Notes under the pieces: generated by a model
The model's input: the letters and a program-made list of their open reading frames with translations, nothing else
Told to the model about the DNA's origin: nothing
Database searches by the model: none
Translations under genes and position numbers: made by a program
Source: Candidatus Thiodiazotropha sp.
GTDB taxonomy: Bacteria; Pseudomonadota; Gammaproteobacteria; Chromatiales; Chromatiaceae
DNA: 34,659 bases
Reading direction: 5' to 3'
Assembly: GCA_037384565.1 (NCBI GenBank)
Contig: JARRNW010000005.1
Location: forward strand, 1 to 34,659
Part shown: positions 27,907-34,659 of the stretch, piece by piece
Layout of the letters: every line of letters begins with the position of its first letter
Position numbering within the stretch: position 1 is the stretch's first letter

Positions 27907-29266
27907 TCTGTGGCTTTCAGAACTGGTGCACCAGTTGCCGGCGAGATTGAGCGGACAGGATACGGAATTTCGCTCGGTCAGCACGGATACCCGCACTCTG
28001 AAACCCGGGGATCTCTACGTAGCGCTTACCGGACCGCGCTTTGACGGACATGAGTTTGTCACCCAGGCCGAACAGAAAGGCGCCATAGCGGTACTGGTCT
28101 CCCGGGAGGTCGAGAGCCACTTGCCGCAACTGATCTGCACCGATACCCGCTTGGGTCTGGGGCGGTTGGCCGCCCTCTGGCGCGCTACGGTGGAAGCGCC
28201 GGTGGTGGCGATTACCGGCAGCAACGGCAAAACCACGGTCAAGGAATTGGTCACCGCAATCCTGGCGCAACGGGGGCCGGTGCTCTCCACCCTGGGGAAT
28301 CTTAACAACGATATCGGAATGCCCCTGTCCCTGCTGCGCTGGCAGGATGAGTGCTGCGCAGTGCTGGAGATGGGGGCCAATCACCCCGGTGAGATCGGAT
28401 ACCTGGGGCAGATTGCCCGACCCGATGTGGCGCTGATCACCAATGCGGGTGCGGCTCATCTGGAAGGTTTTGGCGACCTGGATGGCGTCGCCCGCACCAA
28501 AGGGGAGATTCTGGGCGGGCTCAAGCACCAGGGTATAGGCGTACTCAATGCCGACGATCCCTATTTCCCGCTGTGGCGGGAGATGTTGGGTGAGCGGCGC
28601 ATGCTCTCTTTCGGCAGCTCTCCAAAGGCCCATATTCGGTCTGACCTGGATGCAGCCGAGATGACCTGGACCCCGGAGGGCTTTCATAACCGGATGCAGG
28701 TAATCATTCAAGACAGCCGTTTCGAAGTACAGATCGCGTTGGCCGGGCGTCATAACCTGATGAATGCACTGGCCGCCATCGCCGCTGCATGGGCCTTGTC
28801 CTGCAGCGTGGAACAGATTCAGAAGGGACTTGCCGGTGCCACCGCGGTCAAGGGCAGACTGCAGATCCTCACCGGTTGCAACGGCTGCCGGCTGATCGAT
28901 GACAGCTATAACGCCAATCCCGATTCGGTGGAGGCCGCCATCGAGGTGCTGCGCAGCGCGCCGGGACAACGTTACCTGGTACTGGGTGATCTGGCGGAGC
29001 TGGGAGAGGATGCCCGGGATCTGCATGGGGAAATCGGTCATCAGGCCCGGCAGGCCGGCCTGGAACACCTCTATGGGCTTGGGTCCCTGAGTCAGGCGGC
29101 GGTTGCGGGTTTTGGCCAAGGGGCCAAGAGCTTTAGCACTATCGATGAGTTGCTGAATGAGTTACGGCAACTGCCGCAGCCGGGTGATGCGGTCTTGGTA
29201 AAGGGCTCGCGCAGCGCTGGAATGGAGCGCGTCGTCCAGGGGTTGTTGCATGAGGGGGAGGGCTGA
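27899..29266 (+). CDS. murF: UDP-MurNAc-tripeptide:D-Ala-D-Ala ligase
   Basis: [37 protein letters not shown] and KGSRSAGME. Confidence 0.97.
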   Translation: MPSLWLSELVHQLPARLSGQDTEFRSVSTDTRTLKPGDLYVALTGPRFDGHEFVTQAEQKGAIAVLVSREVESHLPQLICTDTRLGLGRLAALWRATVEAPVVAITGSNGKTTVKELVTAILAQRGPVLSTLGNLNNDIGMPLSLLRWQDECCAVLEMGANHPGEIGYLGQIARPDVALITNAGAAHLEGFGDLDGVARTKGEILGGLKHQGIGVLNADDPYFPLWREMLGERRMLSFGSSPKAHIRSDLDAAEMTWTPEGFHNRMQVIIQDSRFEVQIALAGRHNLMNALAAIAAAWALSCSVEQIQKGLAGATAVKGRLQILTGCNGCRLIDDSYNANPDSVEAAIEVLRSAPGQRYLVLGDLAELGEDARDLHGEIGHQARQAGLEHLYGLGSLSQAAVAGFGQGAKSFSTIDELLNELRQLPQPGDAVLVKGSRSAGMERVVQGLLHEGEG

Positions 29267-29268
29267 TC

Positions 29269-30351
29269 GTGCTGTTATATCTGACTGAATGGCTTGTGCA
29301 GTTCGACAGTGGGTTCCGGGTGTTCCAGTACCTGACACTGCGCACCATTCTGGGTGTCCTGACCGCGTTATTCATTTCCCTGGCGCTGGGTCCGGTGATG
29401 ATTCGTCGATTGAGTTTCCATCAGATCGGCCAGACGGTGCGCGACGACGGACCGGAGACCCATTTCTCCAAGGCCGGAACGCCCACCATGGGGGGTGCGC
29501 TGATCCTGGTAGCGATCGCGGTGGCGACCTTGCTGTGGGCCGATCTCGCAAACCGATACGTGTGGATCGTGCTGATCGTCACTCTGGTGTTTGGTCTGAT
29601 CGGTTTGGTTGACGACTATAAAAAGCTGGTGCTCAACGATCCCAAGGGGCTGGCCGCGCGGTGGAAATATTTTTGGCAGTCGGTCGCCGGCCTGGGCGCT
29701 TCGCTGATTTTCTATACCGGTGCGACCACACCCATGGAGACCGCGCTGTTGATCCCCTATCTGAAGGATGTCTCCCTCGACTGGGGACCGATGTTCATCC
29801 TGTTCAGCTATCTGGTGATCGTGGGTTCCTCCAACGCGGTTAACCTGACCGATGGACTCGATGGTCTCGCGATTCTGCCAACGGTGATGGTGGGTGGTGC
29901 GCTTGGGATCATTGCTTACGCAACGGGACACGCGGATTTTGCCACCTATCTGAAGATCCCCTACCTGCCCGGTGTGGGTGAGTTGATCGTGTTCTGTGCC
30001 GCCCTGGTGGGCGCCGGGCTTGGATTTCTCTGGTTTAACACCTATCCAGCCCAGGTCTTCATGGGTGATGTGGGCGCCCTGGCCCTGGGTGCGGCGTTGG
30101 GTGTGGTGGCGGTGGCGGTTCGCCAGGAGATCGTGCTGTTCATCATGGGCGGGGTATTCGTGGTCGAGACAGTATCGGTGATGCTGCAAGTGGCCTCGTT
30201 CCGTCTCACCGGCAAGCGGATCTTCCGTATGGCCCCGCTACACCACCATTTCGAACTCAAGGGTTGGCCCGAGCCTCGGGTTATTGTGCGTTTCTGGATC
30301 ATCACCGTCATTCTGGTGCTGGTCGGTCTGGCGAGTCTGAAGATACGCTGA
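29269..30351 (+). CDS. mraY: Phospho-MurNAc-pentapeptide translocase
   Basis: [32 protein letters not shown] and MAPLHHHFE; multi-TM; 360 aa. Confidence 0.98.
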   Translation: MLLYLTEWLVQFDSGFRVFQYLTLRTILGVLTALFISLALGPVMIRRLSFHQIGQTVRDDGPETHFSKAGTPTMGGALILVAIAVATLLWADLANRYVWIVLIVTLVFGLIGLVDDYKKLVLNDPKGLAARWKYFWQSVAGLGASLIFYTGATTPMETALLIPYLKDVSLDWGPMFILFSYLVIVGSSNAVNLTDGLDGLAILPTVMVGGALGIIAYATGHADFATYLKIPYLPGVGELIVFCAALVGAGLGFLWFNTYPAQVFMGDVGALALGAALGVVAVAVRQEIVLFIMGGVFVVETVSVMLQVASFRLTGKRIFRMAPLHHHFELKGWPEPRVIVRFWIITVILVLVGLASLKIR

Positions 30352-31706
30352 TGGCGGAACAACACGGACACACAGGCAAGACTTTGATTGTCGGTCTGGG
30401 TAAGACCGGGCTCTCCTGCGCCCGTTATCTGAGCGCCCAGGGTGTCGCCCTGGCTATCACCGACAGTCGCGAGACGCCTCCGGGGCTGGATGCCCTGCGC
30501 CAGGACTATCCGGATATGGCCCTGTTCCTCGGCGGGTTCCAACCCGAGGTGTTCCAGGCGGCCAGTCAGCTGGTAGTCAGCCCCGGTGTGCCGGTAAGCA
30601 ATCCGTTGATCCAGGCGGCCCGGGAGCGGGGTACTGAAATCCTGGGTGATATGGAGCTGTTTGCCCGGGCGGTGCGGGCGCCGGTGGTGGCGATCACCGG
30701 TTCCAACGGCAAAAGTACCGTTACCACCTTGCTGGGAGAGATGGCCCGCAACGGGGGGGTGCGGGTCGCGGTGGGGGGCAACCTGGGGGACCCCGTACTC
30801 GATCTGCTTGATGATGTGGTGGAACTCTATGTGCTGGAACTGTCCAGTTTTCAGCTTGAAACCACCCGGAGTCTCAGACCCAGGGTGTCGGTGGTACTGA
30901 ACATCTCCGCCGATCACATGGATCGCTACGCCGATATCGATGCCTATGCCGAAGCCAAGGCCGGGATCTATCGGGAGGCGGAAATCCGTGTGATCAACCG
31001 GGACGATCCCAGGGTTGCGGCGATGACCGAGGCCGGTAACACAGTGACTGGATTCACCCTGAGTGAACCCCAGGGAACCGACTTCGGGCGTTGCGAATAT
31101 GAGGGTGAAACCTGGTTGTGTCAGGGCCTGACACCCTTGATGCCGGTCCGGGATCTGCGCATCCCGGGAAGCCACAATCAGGCCAATGCACTGGCGGCCC
31201 TGGCCCTGGGCAGTGCGGTGGGATTGCCCATGACCGTGATGCTCGAGACCCTACGTAGCTTCCGGGGTCTGGCGCATCGTACCCAATGGGTCTCAGACAA
31301 GCTGGGATTGCGTTGGTACAACGACTCCAAGGGGACGAATGTCGGCGCCACCATTTCTGCGCTGCTCGGGCTGCATGGCGATGACGAGAGCCGTACCGTG
31401 CTGATCGCGGGGGGTGACTGCAAAGGGGCCGATTTCACCGCCCTCGCGCCGGTGGTGGAAAAGACTACCCGGGCGGTAATCCTGATCGGCCAGGATGCCC
31501 CGTTACTGGCAGCGGCCCTCGAGGGGCAGGTCAAACTGGTATCGGCCGAGAGCATGGTCGATGCCGTGGCAAAGGCGCGACAAGAGGCACGCGCGGGAGA
31601 CCGGGTGCTGCTCTCACCAGCCTGCGCCAGTTTCGACATGTTCCGGAACTTCGAGGACCGGGGCGAGGCCTTTGCGCGTGCGGTGGAGGATCTCGATCAT
31701 GAGTGA
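30351..31706 (+). CDS. murD: UDP-MurNAc-L-Ala:D-Glu ligase
   Basis: Start moved to the ATG at 30351 (TGATG overlap). GLGKTG, TGSNGKSTVT, LELSSFQLE, NDSKGTN and LSPACASFD. Confidence 0.97.
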   Translation: MAEQHGHTGKTLIVGLGKTGLSCARYLSAQGVALAITDSRETPPGLDALRQDYPDMALFLGGFQPEVFQAASQLVVSPGVPVSNPLIQAARERGTEILGDMELFARAVRAPVVAITGSNGKSTVTTLLGEMARNGGVRVAVGGNLGDPVLDLLDDVVELYVLELSSFQLETTRSLRPRVSVVLNISADHMDRYADIDAYAEAKAGIYREAEIRVINRDDPRVAAMTEAGNTVTGFTLSEPQGTDFGRCEYEGETWLCQGLTPLMPVRDLRIPGSHNQANALAALALGSAVGLPMTVMLETLRSFRGLAHRTQWVSDKLGLRWYNDSKGTNVGATISALLGLHGDDESRTVLIAGGDCKGADFTALAPVVEKTTRAVILIGQDAPLLAAALEGQVKLVSAESMVDAVAKARQEARAGDRVLLSPACASFDMFRNFEDRGEAFARAVEDLDHE

Positions 31707-32892
31707 GATGCGTCCCCAGGCCATGGATGCCCGCAGCCAGCGATCCCCGGAACCGGCGCTCGACCTGTGGCTGCTCGGTGCCTCAGCATGCTTGCTCGGT
31801 TTCGGTCTGGTCATGGTGGCCTCCTCATCCATGACGGTGGGAGACCGGTTGGCCGGGTCACCGTTCTTTTATGTCAACCGTCACCTGTTTGCCATGTTTC
31901 TGGGTCTCAGTGGTGGGTTTCTGGTTTTCAGGGTGCCGATGGAACAGTGGCAGAAGGCGGGTCCGAAACTGGTGTTTCTCGGTATCCTATTGCTATTGCT
32001 GCTGTTGGTGCCCGGGGTTGGTAAGACCGTCAATGGTGCTACTCGCTGGATCCCCCTGGGAGTCTTCAACCTGCAAAGCTCTGAGTTCATGAAGCTCTTC
32101 ATGGTGCTGTATATCGCCGGCTATCTGGTACGTCGCCAGGATGAGGTAGCCCGTTCCTTCTGGGGCTTTGCCAAACCCATGCTGCTGCTGATCCTGACCA
32201 GTTCGATGATTCTGGTTCAGCCCGATTTTGGGACCACCGTGGTGCTGTTCGCCACCGCCCTGGGGATGCTGTTTCTCGGTGGGGTGGTGCTCTACCAGTT
32301 CAGTATGCTGATCGTGCTCTCCGTGGTTTCCGGTTTCGCGCTGATCTTTTTCAGCCCCTACCGCTGGCAGCGCATGACCACCTATCTGAATCCCTGGGAC
32401 GATCCCTTCGATACCGATTTTCAACTCTCTCAGGCGCTGATCGCCTTCGGCCGGGGTGAAGTATCCGGAGTAGGTTTGGGCAACGGGATTCAGAAGCAGT
32501 TCTACCTGCCTGAGGCGCACACCGATTTCATCATGGCGGTGGTCGGTGAGGAGTTCGGCCTGATCGGCACCCTGGGGGTGATTCTGCTGTTCGCCTTTTT
32601 TACCTGGCGCGCTTTCCATATCGGCACTCGGGCCCAGGCCGTGGGTGAGCGCTTTTCAAGCTACACCGCTTACGGGTTGGGCCTGTGGATTGGCATGCAG
32701 GCCTTCATCAACATTGGCGTGAATGTGGGGATGCTACCGACCAAGGGACTGACGCTGCCCTTCATGAGCTACGGCGGCAACAGCATCATCGTCGCCTGCC
32801 TGATCGTCGCGCTGCTGTTGCGCATTGACTATGAGACCCGCCGCAAGACGGTACGGAAGAGTCATGGGAGGCGCTCATGGAACCTCATGTGA
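31699..32892 (+). CDS. ftsW: SEDS peptidoglycan polymerase FtsW
   Basis: Start moved to the ATG at 31699 (GGAGGA upstream). NGATRW, QPDFG, YLPEAHTDF and LPTKGLTLPFMSYGG. Confidence 0.96.
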   Translation: MSEMRPQAMDARSQRSPEPALDLWLLGASACLLGFGLVMVASSSMTVGDRLAGSPFFYVNRHLFAMFLGLSGGFLVFRVPMEQWQKAGPKLVFLGILLLLLLLVPGVGKTVNGATRWIPLGVFNLQSSEFMKLFMVLYIAGYLVRRQDEVARSFWGFAKPMLLLILTSSMILVQPDFGTTVVLFATALGMLFLGGVVLYQFSMLIVLSVVSGFALIFFSPYRWQRMTTYLNPWDDPFDTDFQLSQALIAFGRGEVSGVGLGNGIQKQFYLPEAHTDFIMAVVGEEFGLIGTLGVILLFAFFTWRAFHIGTRAQAVGERFSSYTAYGLGLWIGMQAFINIGVNVGMLPTKGLTLPFMSYGGNSIIVACLIVALLLRIDYETRRKTVRKSHGRRSWNLM

Positions 32893-33956
32893 TGGTCATG
32901 GCCGGAGGCACGGGGGGGCATCTGTTTCCTGCACTCGCGGTGGCGCAGTGGTTGGAATCTCAGGGTTGCCTGATCTCCTGGTTGGGCAGTTGCGGCGGCA
33001 TGGAGACCCGACATATCCCGGAATATGGCTACCGGGTTCATACCCTGAATATCAAAGGTATCAGGGGCACCGGTCTGAAACGCCGTCTGATGGCCCCCTG
33101 GGTCGTGATGCGTTCCTGTTGGCAGGCCTATCGGGTACTGCGTCAGATTCGTCCCGACCTGGTTCTGGGCATGGGTGGATTTGTCACAGGTCCGGGGGGC
33201 GTGGCTGCTCGCCTGATGGGTATTCCACTGGTGATTCAGGAACAGAATGCGATACCCGGTCTGACCAACCGTTGGCTGGCGCGGCTCGCCAGTAAGGTGT
33301 TCGAGGCATTCCCCGGAAGCTTCGGTGCCGAGGCCCAGGCCGAAACCATCGGCAATCCGGTGCGTCATGAGATTGTGGCGCTGCCGACTCCCGAGGAGCG
33401 TTTTGCCGGGCGGAAGGGCCCCATTCACCTGTTGGTGCTGGGTGGCTCCCTGGGTGCCCAGGCGCTGAACCAGACCCTGCCCGAGGCCCTGGCGCGGCTG
33501 CCCCAAGAGCGGCGCCCCAGGGTGCGTCACCAGGCAGGAGAAAAACTCTATGAGGAGACCCTCGCCAGTTACCAAACTGCAGGAGTCGTGGCTGAGGTGA
33601 AGCCCTTCGAACGGGATATGGCGGAGGCCTATGGTTGGGCCGATCTGGTGATCTGCCGGGCCGGAGCCTTGACCGTTTCCGAACTGTCTGTGGCCGGGCT
33701 GGGTGCCATCCTGATCCCCTACCCCTATGCCGTGGATGACCATCAAACCCACAATGCTCAAATTCTGGTGAACGCCGGAGCGGCCCAATTGGTGGATCAG
33801 ACCAGTCTGAATCCCCGTGACCTGGCCGCCCAGATCGCGGAACTCTCCGTAGACCGGAGCACCTTGCTGGAGATGGCTCGGGCCGCACGCAAGCTGGCCC
33901 GGCCGGAAGCGGCGGAGCAGATGGGTCGTTATTGCCTGGAGTTGATTGCATCATGA
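32877..33956 (+). CDS. murG: Lipid I GlcNAc transferase MurG
   Basis: [35 protein letters not shown] and DDHQTHNA. Confidence 0.97.
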   Translation: MEPHVMVMAGGTGGHLFPALAVAQWLESQGCLISWLGSCGGMETRHIPEYGYRVHTLNIKGIRGTGLKRRLMAPWVVMRSCWQAYRVLRQIRPDLVLGMGGFVTGPGGVAARLMGIPLVIQEQNAIPGLTNRWLARLASKVFEAFPGSFGAEAQAETIGNPVRHEIVALPTPEERFAGRKGPIHLLVLGGSLGAQALNQTLPEALARLPQERRPRVRHQAGEKLYEETLASYQTAGVVAEVKPFERDMAEAYGWADLVICRAGALTVSELSVAGLGAILIPYPYAVDDHQTHNAQILVNAGAAQLVDQTSLNPRDLAAQIAELSVDRSTLLEMARAARKLARPEAAEQMGRYCLELIAS

Positions 33957-34659
33957 GTGAAGTCCTGACACGCCGCCACACACCCAATGTCATGGGACGC
34001 ATGCGCAACATCCATTTCGTCGGAATCGGCGGTTCGGGGATGAGCGGTATCGCCGAGGTGATGATCAATCTGGGATACCGGGTTTCTGGTTCCGACCAAC
34101 GGGAGAGCGCGGTAACCCGGCGTTTGGTGGAACAGGGGGCGACAGTTCACCTGGGACACAGCGCCGATCATGTGACGGAGGTTGATGCGGTGGTTATCTC
34201 GAGTGCCGTGAAGCAGGACAACCCGGAAGTCGTGGCGGCTCACCAGTTGCGTATTCCGGTGGTGCCCCGGGCCGAGATGCTGGCCGAGATCATGCGCTTT
34301 CGTTTCGGCATCGCGGTGGCGGGCACTCACGGTAAAACCACCACCACCAGTTTGGTTACCAGTGTCCTGGCCGAAGCCGGACTCGATCCGACCTTTGTCA
34401 TCGGCGGCCGCCTCAACAGTGCCGGTGCCAATGCCCGGCTTGGGGATGGGGAATACCTGGTGGCCGAGGCCGACGAAAGCGATGCCTCATTTCTCTATCT
34501 TCAGCCGATGCTGGCGGTGGTCACCAACATCGACTCTGATCATATGACCACCTACGGCGGTGATTTCAATCGGTTGCGCGGGACCTTCCTGGAGTTTCTC
34601 CATCACCTGCCTTTCTATGGTCAGGCGGTGCTTTGCATCGACGATGAGGTGGTGCGAGA
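33953..34659 (+). CDS. murC: UDP-MurNAc:L-Ala ligase, 5' part (runs off the right edge)
   Basis: Not in the ORF track because there is no stop in the window. ATGA overlap with mur[29 protein letters not shown] and [10 protein letters not shown]. Confidence 0.96.
   Translation, partial: MSEVLTRRHTPNVMGRMRNIHFVGIGGSGMSGIAEVMINLGYRVSGSDQRESAVTRRLVEQGATVHLGHSADHVTEVDAVVISSAVKQDNPEVVAAHQLRIPVVPRAEMLAEIMRFRFGIAVAGTHGKTTTTSLVTSVLAEAGLDPTFVIGGRLNSAGANARLGDGEYLVAEADESDASFLYLQPMLAVVTNIDSDHMTTYGGDFNRLRGTFLEFLHHLPFYGQAVLCIDDEVVR

Noticed and set aside
22931-31698. ORF-track starts for mraZ (22931), rsmH (23362), ftsL (24348), murD (30264) and ftsW (31495)
   Set aside because: Downstream starts give family-typical N-termini with an RBS or translational coupling; the mraZ GTG lies inside the MraZ-binding repeats.
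24464-34330. Long antisense ORFs over the dcw genes (e.g. 24464-25825, 27917-29119, 30042-31175, 32862-33788)
   Set aside because: Shadow frames of GC-rich, well-conserved genes; no recognisable motifs.

Overview
This looks like a gammaproteobacterial chromosome window in two parts. The left ~22 kb is accessory. It holds the AT-rich 3' end of an unknown protein and a stand-alone 3-module NRPS (starter C-A-T, dual E/C-like C-A-T, C-A-T-TE) predicted to make an N-acyl tripeptide. It also holds a 1745-aa secreted adhesin-like protein (3x MAM, 2x Ig-like, thrombospondin type-3-like repeats, a beta-propeller and FG-GAP repeats), a divergent pair of predicted lipoprotein genes (a 63-aa peptide and an alpha/beta hydrolase) and a SRAP/YedK gene. 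The large genes are separated by decayed remnants of five different mobile-element enzymes: a RAYT-like Y1 transposase, a tyrosine integrase, an IS3 transposase and two IS91-family fragments. The integrase and IS3 remnants are absent from the ORF track. The right ~12 kb is core: RNase P RNA (rnpB), then the dcw cluster mraZ-rsmH-ftsL-ftsI-murE-murF-mraY-murD-ftsW-murG-murC (partial). All family calls come from motif recognition by eye, and domain boundaries are approximate.
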